Positions 9,601 to 18,354 of a DNA stretch of 64,000 nt are shown here, in pieces. Source of the stretch: Gemmatimonadota bacterium (GTDB lineage: Bacteria > Gemmatimonadota > Gemmatimonadetes > Palauibacterales > Palauibacteraceae); contig JBHHYJ010000003.1 in the NCBI GenBank assembly GCA_046757485.1, positions 14,866 through 78,865 on the forward strand, read 5' to 3'. Under the pieces are notes generated by a model. That model saw nothing but the letters and a program-made list of their open reading frames with translations, had not been told where the DNA came from and did not search any database. The position numbers were made by a program, and so were the translations under genes. How positions within the stretch are numbered: position 1 is the first letter of the stretch; the number at the start of each line of letters is the position of its first letter.

Positions 9601-10697
9601 CGGCCGACCCCCGCACCGCCACCACCGTGCCTCCGGCGGTGCCCGACGACCGGGTCCGGAACGCGGGCGGGTCGCTCGTCTCCCTGAAGGAGATCCGAGA
9701 GGCGGCCCGGGCGCTCGCCGGCGTGGCCCGCCGGACCCCGCTGTTTCCGGTATCGCTCCCCACCGGCGGGCCGCACGCCGTGCCGCGGGAACCCGCCTCG
9801 CCCCCCGAGGCGTGGCTGAAGTGCGAGAACCTCCAACACGTCTCCGCTTTCAAGCTTCGGGGCGCCTACAACTTCGTCCGGTTGCTGGAGGAGGAGCGGC
9901 GCCGCATGGGGCTTGTCACCTACTCCTCCGGCAACCACGCGCAGGGCGTGGCGTTCGCGGCCCGCGCCTTCGGAATTCCGGCGACCGTCGTGATGCCCGA
10001 GGACGTCCCGCCCATCAAGCTGGAAGCGACGCGGGCGTTGGGCGCGGAAGTGGAGCTGGCCGGGACGACGAGCCCGGAGCGCCAGGCCCGGGCCGAGGAG
10101 ATCGTTTCGGAGACGGGCGCGGTCATGGTCCCGCCGTTCGATCACCCTCACATCATCGCCGGGCAAGGTACCGTGGGGCTGGAGGTCATCGAGCAGCTAT
10201 CGGGGAGGGAGACGCCCGCGGCGCGAGGCGGACGAGGACTTCCGGCCCTCCTTCTGGTTCCGGTGGGCGGGGGAGGCCTCATATCGGGCATCGCCGCGGC
10301 AGTGCGAGCCGTCGCCCCGGGGGCGAAGGTGATCGGCGTGGAGCCGGAGGGAGCCGCCTCGATGGCCGCGTCGCTGGCGGCGGGACGCGCGGTCACGCTG
10401 GAGCGGGTGGATACGCTGGCGGATGGTCTGAAGCCGGTCCGGCCCGGCGACCTCACCCTGCGTCACTGCCAAGAGCTGGTCGAGCGGGTGGTCACCGTGT
10501 CGGACGAAGAGATCGTGGAAGGAGTGCGGTGGCTCTTCGGCCAGCGCCTGGTCGTGGAGCCGAGCGGCGGCGCCGCGGTCGCCGCTCTCCTGGCGGGTCG
10601 CGTGCGGATCGCCCCTCCGGCGGAGGGCGCCACGGTGGCCATCCTCTCGGGCGGGAACCTGGATCCGGCGCTTCTGGCCCGGTGGGTGGCGTCGTGA
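9597..10697 (+). CDS. PLP-dependent threonine/serine dehydratase (threonine ammonia-lyase family)
   Basis: PLP-lysine motif [10 protein letters not shown] and glycine loop [14 protein letters not shown] start overlaps the gyrA stop (GTGA). Confidence 0.85.
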   Translation: MTADPRTATTVPPAVPDDRVRNAGGSLVSLKEIREAARALAGVARRTPLFPVSLPTGGPHAVPREPASPPEAWLKCENLQHVSAFKLRGAYNFVRLLEEERRRMGLVTYSSGNHAQGVAFAARAFGIPATVVMPEDVPPIKLEATRALGAEVELAGTTSPERQARAEEIVSETGAVMVPPFDHPHIIAGQGTVGLEVIEQLSGRETPAARGGRGLPALLLVPVGGGGLISGIAAAVRAVAPGAKVIGVEPEGAASMAASLAAGRAVTLERVDTLADGLKPVRPGDLTLRHCQELVERVVTVSDEEIVEGVRWLFGQRLVVEPSGGAAVAALLAGRVRIAPPAEGATVAILSGGNLDPALLARWVAS

Positions 10698-10773
10698 GCG
10701 GCCGCGAGCTCGGCCTCCCGGGGCGCTCGTAACGCGGCCGCTGGAATCCTTCAGGGACCTGCTAGGTGGGAAG

Positions 10774-11724
10774 GTGGAGAACCGTTCCCTTACCGCGGTT
10801 CCGGGAATCGCCGTGGGCCACGCGACGGAGGAAGCCGACGCCACGGGTTGCACGGTGATTCTGGGCCCGTTCGTCGGCGCGGTGGAGTTGGCGGGGCAGG
10901 CCACGGGGAGCCGGGAGCTGGACGTCCTCTCACCTCACCACCTGGTCCCGAGCTGTGACGCGATCCTCCTGACGGGAGGCTCCGCCTTCGGGCTCCGGGC
11001 GGCAGACGGCGTGGTGAGCTGGCTGGAGGAGCGCGGGCGGGGGTTTCTCACCCGGGAGGGCCGCGTCCCGATCGTCCCGGCCGCGGTCATCTACGACCTG
11101 GGGGTGGGGCGGGCCGACGCGCGACCGGACGCCGGCATGGGGTACGCGGCCGCGGCGGCGGCGTCCACGGCCGCCGTGCGGGAAGGACGGGTCGGCGCCG
11201 GAACGGGAGCTTCGGTCGGAAAGCTCATGGGTCGCCGGGGGGCGGAGCGGGGTGGCGTGGGGAGCTGGGCCTGCCGCCGCGCCGAGTCTTCCCATACGGT
11301 CGGGGCTCTTGCCGTGGTGAACGCGTTCGGCGACGTGCTGGACAAGAGGGGCACGATCGTGGCGGGATGCCGGGCCGATGACGGTACGTATCTCGATACG
11401 GCGAAGGCGCTTCGAGAGGGAGCCGTTCGGCCGCTCGGGTACGGGGGCGCGGAGAACACGACGCTGGGAGTGGTGGCCACGGACGCCCCGCTCAGGAGGA
11501 CGGAGCTTCAGGTCGTGGCCCGTCACGCGGCGGGAGCGCTCGTCCGACGCATCTCACCGGCGGGCACGGCGTTCGACGGTGATCTCGTCTTCGCCCTCTC
11601 CACGGGCCGCGGCGAGGCTTTCGAGGCGGGCCCGGGCGACCTCCTCACCCTCGGGCTCCGGGCCCGGGCGACGCTGGAGCGGGCGATCGAGCGGGCCGTG
11701 GATCGGCAGCCGGGAGGCGGATAA
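10774..11724 (+). CDS. P1/S58 family peptidase (DmpA/BapA-like aminopeptidase)
   Basis: N-terminus LTAVPGIAVGHAT..TGCTVILG and overall length are typical of the DmpA/S58 family. GTG start. Confidence 0.8.
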   Translation: MENRSLTAVPGIAVGHATEEADATGCTVILGPFVGAVELAGQATGSRELDVLSPHHLVPSCDAILLTGGSAFGLRAADGVVSWLEERGRGFLTREGRVPIVPAAVIYDLGVGRADARPDAGMGYAAAAAASTAAVREGRVGAGTGASVGKLMGRRGAERGGVGSWACRRAESSHTVGALAVVNAFGDVLDKRGTIVAGCRADDGTYLDTAKALREGAVRPLGYGGAENTTLGVVATDAPLRRTELQVVARHAAGALVRRISPAGTAFDGDLVFALSTGRGEAFEAGPGDLLTLGLRARATLERAIERAVDRQPGGG

Positions 11725-11728
11725 GGAG

Positions 11729-12553
11729 GTGAGCGCCGCCCGGGGTGACGATCGGGACGCCGAGCCGTGCCTTCTCCTGCTGTTCGACGTGGATGGCACG
11801 CTGGTGCACGTGAACGGCGCGGGGCGGGCCGCGCTCCGCACCGCGATGACGGAGGTGTACGGCGAGACGGGGCCGATCGAGACGTTCGACTTTCACGGTC
11901 GGACGGACCCGGAGATCGTGCGGGGTCTGCTGCGCGCCGCCGGCCGGGCGGATGCATGGATCGACGAGAGCCTGCCTCTCCTGTGGGAGCGCTACGTGGG
12001 CCTTCTCAGAAGGGAGCTCCGCCTCCGCAGGGAGACGCTGCGGGTGTGTCCCGGCGTGGGCGAGCTGCTGGAGCGGGTCGCGGTCGACCCCTACCTGACC
12101 GCCGGCCTCCTGACCGGCAACGTGGAGGCGGGAGCGTGGGCGAAACTGGGGGCCTGCGAGCTGGGTGGAGCGTTCGCCTTCGGGGCGTTCGGCTCCGATT
12201 CGGAGCACCGAGGGGATCTGCCCCCCGTGGCGCTGCGACGCGCCCGCCGGCACACGGGAGTGGAGTTCCGGCCGGATCGTGTGCTGGTCATCGGGGACAC
12301 ACCGGAGGACGTCCGCTGCGCGGAGGCCACGGGGCTGCGCTCCCTGGGAGTGGCCACGGGCCGGTACTCGGTCGGCGAGCTGACGGAGGAGGGAGCGGAC
12401 GCCGTCGTTCCGACGTTGAGGGAATGCGGGCCTCTGCTGGACGAGATGCTGAGAAGCCTGTGCAAGACTCAAAGCGGGCCGCGCGCGCGGGTCGTGCCCG
12501 GGGCAGACCAGCGAGCAGGAGGCTTGTCTAGCAGGTCCGGCCGAGGAGCCTGA
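11729..12553 (+). CDS. HAD-superfamily hydrolase (phosphoglycolate-phosphatase-like)
   Basis: HAD motif I LLFDVDGTLV and motif IV VLVIGDTPEDV. Only the in-frame start GTG 11729 keeps motif I; the ORF-track start at 11378 overlaps the previous gene. Confidence 0.8.
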   Translation: MSAARGDDRDAEPCLLLLFDVDGTLVHVNGAGRAALRTAMTEVYGETGPIETFDFHGRTDPEIVRGLLRAAGRADAWIDESLPLLWERYVGLLRRELRLRRETLRVCPGVGELLERVAVDPYLTAGLLTGNVEAGAWAKLGACELGGAFAFGAFGSDSEHRGDLPPVALRRARRHTGVEFRPDRVLVIGDTPEDVRCAEATGLRSLGVATGRYSVGELTEEGADAVVPTLRECGPLLDEMLRSLCKTQSGPRARVVPGADQRAGGLSSRSGRGA

Positions 12554-12555
12554 CG

Positions 12556-13173
12556 GTGGAGGAGTTCGAGCTCAAGGCGAGGCTGGAAGAGGGTCCCGAG
12601 CCGCTGCGGCAGCGCCTCGAGGCGGCGGGCTGGCGCCTGTGCTTCCGGGGGGAGATGCGCGATCGGCGCTTCGACACCCCCGGCGGCGAGCTCGAGCGTC
12701 GGGACGAGGTGTTGCGTCTGAGGAGCTATCTGCCGGAGGAGGGGCCGGCCCGCGACCTCGTGTCGTGGAAAGGGCCGGCTCGCGAGGTGGACGGCTTCAA
12801 GCTCCGCGAGGAGCTGGAGACGCGGGTGGAACGGGGCGGGAAAGCGCGGGAGATCCTCGCGCGGCTGGGGTTCCCGAGCGTGTCGCTCGCCATCGACCGG
12901 CGGGTGGAGGTGTACGAAAAGGAGGGCGTGCAGGTTCGGATCGAAGAGTACCCGCGCATGGACCGCCTGGTGGAGATCGAGGGCGCCCCGGCGCAGGTGG
13001 AGGAGCGGCTCGTGGATCTGGGCCTGCCACGCGAAGCCTGGCGGCCTTGGCCGCTGTCGGAGTTCGTCGCGCGCTTCGAGGCCCGCACGGGTCGGCGGGC
13101 TCGGCTGTGCCGGCCGGTCGCGGCGGAACGGGCTCCGCCGGACTCCGGATCCCCGTCGCGGAGCGAGGAGTGA
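12556..13173 (+). CDS. CYTH-domain protein (class IV adenylate cyclase / triphosphatase family)
   Basis: N-terminal ExExK signature (EEFELKARL) and about 200-aa length typical of the CYTH/CyaB family. GTG start 2 nt after the HAD stop. Confidence 0.8.
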   Translation: MEEFELKARLEEGPEPLRQRLEAAGWRLCFRGEMRDRRFDTPGGELERRDEVLRLRSYLPEEGPARDLVSWKGPAREVDGFKLREELETRVERGGKAREILARLGFPSVSLAIDRRVEVYEKEGVQVRIEEYPRMDRLVEIEGAPAQVEERLVDLGLPREAWRPWPLSEFVARFEARTGRRARLCRPVAAERAPPDSGSPSRSEE

Positions 13174-13175
13174 GC

Positions 13176-14594
13176 GTGGCGGTGCCGGGAAGCGAGCCGT
13201 CCGGACGTCTCCTCGACGTCTACATCGAGGGAGAGCCGCTGCGCCGCCGGGCCGCCGTCGAGGTGGGCCCTGACGCCCTCGAGGTGAACGGCCGCATCCT
13301 CCCGTTTCGTTCGATCTACTGGATGGCGAGGCGAGCCGGGCTTCTGCTGCTCTTCGGAGAGACGTTCACCGCGGCCCTGAAGGGGCGCAGGCGGGAGCTG
13401 GAGGAGCTCGCCCGGGCCGTGGAGCAGGGGGGCGCGCGCAGCGACCGCCGCCGTCGCGTCCTCCTGCGGCCGTTCGCGCCGGAGGTCGTGGTGTGCACCG
13501 CGGGGGTCGCGGTCCGAGGAACGTTGGCGGGTGAGGAGGTGAGCGGGCTTCATCTGGCCGTCTTCACGCAGCGGGCCCTGCACCTTCTCGTCCGGGGGCG
13601 CTGGCTCTCCCTTCCGTGGCCCGTGGACCGGGCGCGGCGGGAGCGGCCCGCCGGGTCCGAGGCGACGCACGAAACGCTGGTTCTCCGCAAGGAGGGAAGC
13701 TCGCTCCGGCTGCGCTACCTGTTCCCCGAGGAGATCCGGGCCGCGCTGCGCGTGGCGACGCGCCTGCCCGGGCCGACGGAGGAGGAGACCCCGGCCGGCG
13801 CGCTGGAGCTCTTCGCGCGCGGAGAGGTCGCCCCGCCCGTCCCCCCTCGCCTGCCCGACTTCCGCCTGACGGTCGAGGAGGTCCGCCGCGAGTCCGCGGC
13901 GCAGGCCGCGCGGATTCCGGACGGCGCACGGGAAGGGGCGGGACTGCCGGGCGCTTTCTTCCAAACGCATTTTCGGGAGCTGGGGGAGATCGTGCTGGGG
14001 CCGCTCCTGGCCCGCCGCTCGGCGGCGGCGGCGGCGGCCAGCCTGCACGCTACGCTGGAGGTGCTGGACGCAGGCGAGCTGCGGGCCGACACGGACGCGG
14101 CCGTTGCGGCTTCAGCCGCCCGCCTGGCGGAGGCGTTCGAGGCCGAGGCGCGGAGAGTGCTGCACGGCGCAGGAGGACGGAGGAGGCGGAGAGTCGTTCC
14201 CCGTCTCACGGAGGCCGAGCGGGACGCGCTGACCAGCCGGCTCCGACAGCCGCTCACGGCACTGTCTCCGCTCTTCTCCCGGCTGGAGTCCTGCCAGGAG
14301 AGCCTCCTCCAGGGGCTGGAAGCCTATGAAGGCGGGCCCCCGGAGGGGATGGGAGAGGCGCTGGAGGGGGCGGGAGAGGAGTGGCGAGCCGCGCTCGCCC
14401 GCCTGGACGGAGCGTTCGGGAACCTCTGGAAGCGTCTGCTGGGCGAGGTCTCCGACACGTGGAGGGAGGTGTTGATTCCGCGGCTGGTGAGCGCCAGGAG
14501 CACTCCCCGGCGGCGAATGACGGACGCGACCCGGCTCGTCGTCTTCGCGGGAGCGGTCCTGCTGGCGGTCGGGCTCCTCCTGTTGTTCTTTTGA
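13176..14594 (+). CDS. hypothetical protein with a single C-terminal transmembrane anchor
   Basis: GTG 13176 lies 2 nt after the CYTH stop. 472 aa, Ala/Arg/Glu-rich and helical, ending in the TM segment ATRLVVFAGAVLLAVGLLLLFF. No recognisable catalytic motif. Confidence 0.6.
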   Translation: MAVPGSEPSGRLLDVYIEGEPLRRRAAVEVGPDALEVNGRILPFRSIYWMARRAGLLLLFGETFTAALKGRRRELEELARAVEQGGARSDRRRRVLLRPFAPEVVVCTAGVAVRGTLAGEEVSGLHLAVFTQRALHLLVRGRWLSLPWPVDRARRERPAGSEATHETLVLRKEGSSLRLRYLFPEEIRAALRVATRLPGPTEEETPAGALELFARGEVAPPVPPRLPDFRLTVEEVRRESAAQAARIPDGAREGAGLPGAFFQTHFRELGEIVLGPLLARRSAAAAAASLHATLEVLDAGELRADTDAAVAASAARLAEAFEAEARRVLHGAGGRRRRRVVPRLTEAERDALTSRLRQPLTALSPLFSRLESCQESLLQGLEAYEGGPPEGMGEALEGAGEEWRAALARLDGAFGNLWKRLLGEVSDTWREVLIPRLVSARSTPRRRMTDATRLVVFAGAVLLAVGLLLLFF

Positions 14595-14638
14595 GGGGAC
14601 CGCCGATCACCGGAGCCATCGCAGGTAAGGAGTAGGAC

Positions 14639-15406
14639 GTGGCGAAAGGCAAGAGCGAACCCGCCCGCTCCGGCGGACCGGGGCTGGGCTTCTATCTGAT
14701 CCTCGGGGCCGTTGCCCTCGGGGGAGTCCTCTTCCTCGTGCTGGCCCGAAACGGAGGAGGAGGCGGCGACGTGAACCGTCCGCTGCCCGCCTGGGCCGGT
14801 CAGGTGGAGCCGGACTCTCTGGCCGGCATTCCGCTCGGGCCGGAGGATGCGCCGATCACGATCGCGGAGTTCGCCGACTTCCAGTGCCCGCACTGCGCCC
14901 AGTTCGGTGCGTTCACCGGACGCCTGATTCGGCAGAACTACGTAGAGGCCGGCGGCCAGGTTCGGTGGGTGATGTACGACTACCTGGTCGGATTCCCGAA
15001 CTCGATGGCGGCCGCGCTGAGCGCCCGGTGCGCGGACGAGCAGGGCAGGTACTGGCCGATGCACGATCTGCTCCTGGCCCGCCAGACGAAGTGGGGCGCG
15101 AAGGGGTCGCCCGGCAAGCTGTTTCGGGAGTACGCCCGAGAGATCGGCCTCGACGGCCAGACGTTCGACGCCTGCTTCGAAGAGCGCCGGCACCTGGACA
15201 AGGTGCTCGGCTCCTACGAGTACGGGAAACAGCTCGGCGTGCAGGGGACTCCGACCCTCTTCTTCAACGGCCGGAAGCTGGACGGTGGCAGCGAGATGAG
15301 CTACGAGGGTCTCGAGCGGCTGATCAAGGCCGCGCAGGACTCCGTCCTCGGCGCCCGGGCCGCTGCCGATGCGGCCGGAGGGATCCCGGGCGGTGGAGGC
15401 CCGTGA
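14639..15406 (+). CDS. DsbA-family thiol:disulfide oxidoreductase, membrane anchored
   Basis: N-terminal TM segment, then a thioredoxin fold with active site FQCPHCAQF. Confidence 0.85.
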   Translation: MAKGKSEPARSGGPGLGFYLILGAVALGGVLFLVLARNGGGGGDVNRPLPAWAGQVEPDSLAGIPLGPEDAPITIAEFADFQCPHCAQFGAFTGRLIRQNYVEAGGQVRWVMYDYLVGFPNSMAAALSARCADEQGRYWPMHDLLLARQTKWGAKGSPGKLFREYAREIGLDGQTFDACFEERRHLDKVLGSYEYGKQLGVQGTPTLFFNGRKLDGGSEMSYEGLERLIKAAQDSVLGARAAADAAGGIPGGGGP

Positions 15407-15825
15407 CGGCCGCCACGCATCGCAAGGCGATCGCCGTCCTGGCGCTCGCCGGGCTGTTCCTCTCGACCTACCTGCTGCTCTTCAAGCTGGGGATCTACGG
15501 CGAGCTGATCTGCGGGGAGGGGGGCTCGTGCGACCTCGTGCAGGCCTCCTCCTACGCGACGTTTCTCGGAGTTCCGGTGGCAGGCTGGGGAACGGCGTGG
15601 TATGCCGTCGTCTTCGGGCTGGCCGTCACGGCACTCCAGCCGCGCCTCGCCGGAGCCCGTTGGCCCGGCAGCGGGCTCCTCGCGCTGGCGACGATCGGGC
15701 TGCTGTTCTCGGCCTACCTGACGGGAGTGGAGCTCTTCGTCCTGCACGCCATCTGCCGGTGGTGCGTGGCCAGCGCCGGGATCACGCTGGGCATCTTCGG
15801 GCTGGCCGTGACACGCCGCTCATGA
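15403..15825 (+). CDS. vitamin K epoxide reductase (VKOR) family protein
   Basis: GTG 15403 overlaps the dsbA-like stop (GTGA). Four TM segments with loop Cys pair CGEGGSC and membrane CxxC (CRWC). Confidence 0.85.
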   Translation: MTAATHRKAIAVLALAGLFLSTYLLLFKLGIYGELICGEGGSCDLVQASSYATFLGVPVAGWGTAWYAVVFGLAVTALQPRLAGARWPGSGLLALATIGLLFSAYLTGVELFVLHAICRWCVASAGITLGIFGLAVTRRS

Positions 15826-15852
15826 GCGGTGCCACGGCCGCCCGTCGCGCCC

Positions 15853-16713
15853 TCAGGCCACCGTCCAGAAGCCTTCCAGCGCCACACCGTCCTCGGAGCT
15901 CCGGAGCTTCTCGAACGCCCGGTTGCGGATCTGCCGGATGCGCTCCCGGGTCACGCCGAGGAGCTCGCCGATCTGTTCGAGGGTCATCTCCTCACCGTCA
16001 TCCAGCCCGTAGTACAGGACCAGGATCTTGCGCTCGCGCTCCGTGAGATAGCGCTCGAACATACGCTCGAGGAACTCGCGGCGGCGCTGGACCTCCACAT
16101 CCTCCTCGATGTCCCCGTCGTCCATTCCGGAGAAGCGCTCCCCGAAGGAGGCGCTGTCCCGGTCCGTCTTGTCCAGCGGAGCATCCAGGCTCAGCTCGGC
16201 GGACGCCACCCGTCGGAGGGCCCGCACCGTCTCCACCGGCTCGCCCATCTCGTCGGCGATCTCCCGATCCGTGGGAGACCGCCCCAGCTTCTGGGTGAGG
16301 GCCGTCTCCGTCCGCGAGAGCTTCACCAGGTTGGAGTTCTGATTCAACGGGATGCGGACGGATCGGGTCTGCTCCGCGAGGGCCTGAAGCACGGTCTGGC
16401 GGATCCACCACACCGCGTAGGAGATGAACTTCACCCCCTTGTCCGGGTCGAACTTCTTCACCGCCTTCAGGAGCCCCTCGTTCCCGATGCAAACGAGCTC
16501 CGCCAGGTTCAGGCCCCGACCCTGGTACTTCTTCACGTACGAGATGACGAAGCGCAGATTGGCGGTGACGAGGCGTTCCGCCGCGGCGCGATCCCCGGCC
16601 CGCGCGCTGCGGGCGATACGGCGCTCTTCCTGCGGGTCCTCGATCAGCGGGTACCTCTCGACGTCCTGGAGGTACTGATCGAACGAGTCCAGCGCACGAG
16701 AGTCGAAGAACAT
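15853..16713 (-). CDS. RNA polymerase sigma factor, sigma-70 (RpoD/SigA) family, short form lacking region 1.1
   Basis: 286 aa. Region 2 (NLRFVISYVKKYQGRGLNLAELVCIGNEGLLKAVKKFDPDKGVKFISYAVWWIRQ), region 3, and region 4.2 (TLEQIGELLGVTRERIRQIRNRAFEKLR). Confidence 0.9.
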   Translation of the reverse strand: MFFDSRALDSFDQYLQDVERYPLIEDPQEERRIARSARAGDRAAAERLVTANLRFVISYVKKYQGRGLNLAELVCIGNEGLLKAVKKFDPDKGVKFISYAVWWIRQTVLQALAEQTRSVRIPLNQNSNLVKLSRTETALTQKLGRSPTDREIADEMGEPVETVRALRRVASAELSLDAPLDKTDRDSASFGERFSGMDDGDIEEDVEVQRRREFLERMFERYLTERERKILVLYYGLDDGEEMTLEQIGELLGVTRERIRQIRNRAFEKLRSSEDGVALEGFWTVA

Positions 16714-16915
16714 ACTCTCTCCGGCTCTTTCTCCTAAGGTGATCCGCGAACCCTTACCGCCCCCCGGCCCGGCCCGGCCTCAGGAGGGGGCTCTCGCCCG
16801 CCGCCCGGCCGCGCCCGCTCCGCCAACTTCCTTTCCGGCGCGAGGCTTGATACAGGCCTGTTCTCGACGTGTTCCCGGCTCCGCGGGCGCTCCAGGCGCT
16901 CCTCGAGGCCGCTCG

Positions 16916-17680
16916 TCATCCCCGTCGCAGCGCCTCTCTGAGCCACTCCTCATCCTCGGAGGAAAGGCCCGCAGGGCCGGGGGGAGAACGTTCCGCCGTC
17001 TCGGTCTCGGGTCTCGCGTCGGGAACCGCCTCGTCCGCCGCTTCCGCGCGCGCCGCACCGGAAACCCCTTTCCGCGGCGTTTCGTTCCCCGCGGTGGGAA
17101 ACGGCTCCGCCGATCCGGCGGCCGCCCTCCAGCGGCGGAGCCGGTTGCGCACGAGCAGAGCACCCGCCAGCAGGAGCAGCGGAGGGAGCACGTAGACGGC
17201 CAAGTTCACGCCCCGCGCGGTCGGTTTGAGGAGAATCCACTCTCCGTAGCGCGCCACGAAGTACGCCTTGACCTCCTCCGGGGTGGCACCGGCGGCGAGC
17301 TGATCCCGGATGACCGATTGCATCTGCCGGGCGAGCTCGGAGGAGGACTCGAGGACGGATTGATTCCGGCACACCGGGCAGCGCAGCTGGGCGGCCAGCT
17401 CCGCCGCCACGGCGTCCAGCTCGGGGGAGAGAGGGGTCGTCCGGCGTCGCCCCGTCTCCTCTCCCTGCGAGCCCTCGGCCTGCCGGGCCGTGGTGCGGGG
17501 GATGGGGCCCCGGCGGACGGCCGCCGCCTCCCACGGGGCCGCCGGCGCCCATCGAGCGGCGCGAGCGTCGGCTGGCGCGTCCGGGACGCGGCTCGGCGCC
17601 GCGGTCAACGGGACGAACGGGGCGCCGAGACCGACCAGAAGGGCCGGGACCCGGAAGTGCAGGAGTCGGGAGGCGCTCAT
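16916..17680 (-). CDS. ccmH: cytochrome c-type biogenesis protein CcmH/NrfF
   Basis: Signature LRCPVCRNQSVLES followed by a TM segment. Start overlaps the ccmG stop. Confidence 0.85.
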   Translation of the reverse strand: MSASRLLHFRVPALLVGLGAPFVPLTAAPSRVPDAPADARAARWAPAAPWEAAAVRRGPIPRTTARQAEGSQGEETGRRRTTPLSPELDAVAAELAAQLRCPVCRNQSVLESSSELARQMQSVIRDQLAAGATPEEVKAYFVARYGEWILLKPTARGVNLAVYVLPPLLLLAGALLVRNRLRRWRAAAGSAEPFPTAGNETPRKGVSGAARAEAADEAVPDARPETETAERSPPGPAGLSSEDEEWLREALRRG

Positions 17681-18354
17681 CCCCGATCGGTGTCCGTCGC
17701 GGGGAGGGGGCCCCTCGCGGCGAGGAGGGAGTCGATCGTCGTCTGCACGAGCTCCCAGGTGAGAGGACCTATGTGCTTGCGGACGATCGTGCCGTCCGGA
17801 GCCAGGAAGAAAGACTCGGGAACCCCGTACACGCCGAACTCGATCGCCACCCGGCTCCCCGGGTCCACCGCGCTCGGCCAGTCACCCCCGAGCTCCCGCA
17901 TGAACCGTCGGCCGTTCTCCGGAGAGTCCTGATACAGGATTCCCACCAGGGCCACTTCGGACTCGGGGTACACGCGGCGCAGCTCGCGGAGGACGGGATG
18001 CTCGTCGCGGCAGGGAAGGCACCAGGAGGCCCAGAAGTTCACGAGCGCCACCCGGCCTCGGAGGTCGGCGAGACGAAGTGTATCGGCGTCCAGGCCGCGG
18101 AGGGCGAACTCCGGGGCGGGCTGTCCCGGCAGAGGAGACTCGATGATCCGGGCATCCCGGGTGAGACCGAAGGCGAGCAGGGCCAGGAACGGAATCGCGG
18201 CCAGGGCGGGGAGCCACCGAGCCCAGGGGCGACGACGCGGCCCGGCCGGCCCGCCTCCGGGGCCGCCCCCGCTTCTCGGCCCGGGGTGGCTCTCGTGGGT
18301 TGCGCTCCCGTCCGTCACGCCACGCTCCGGGTTCGCGCGACTCTCGCCGTTCAT
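17677..18354 (-). CDS. ccmG: thiol:disulfide interchange protein CcmG/DsbE
   Basis: Start at ATG 18354 (ATGA overlap with ccmF). TM anchor, WASWCLPCRDEHP active site, GVYGVPESF motif. Confidence 0.85.
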   Translation of the reverse strand: MNGESRANPERGVTDGSATHESHPGPRSGGGPGGGPAGPRRRPWARWLPALAAIPFLALLAFGLTRDARIIESPLPGQPAPEFALRGLDADTLRLADLRGRVALVNFWASWCLPCRDEHPVLRELRRVYPESEVALVGILYQDSPENGRRFMRELGGDWPSAVDPGSRVAIEFGVYGVPESFFLAPDGTIVRKHIGPLTWELVQTTIDSLLAARGPLPATDTDRG

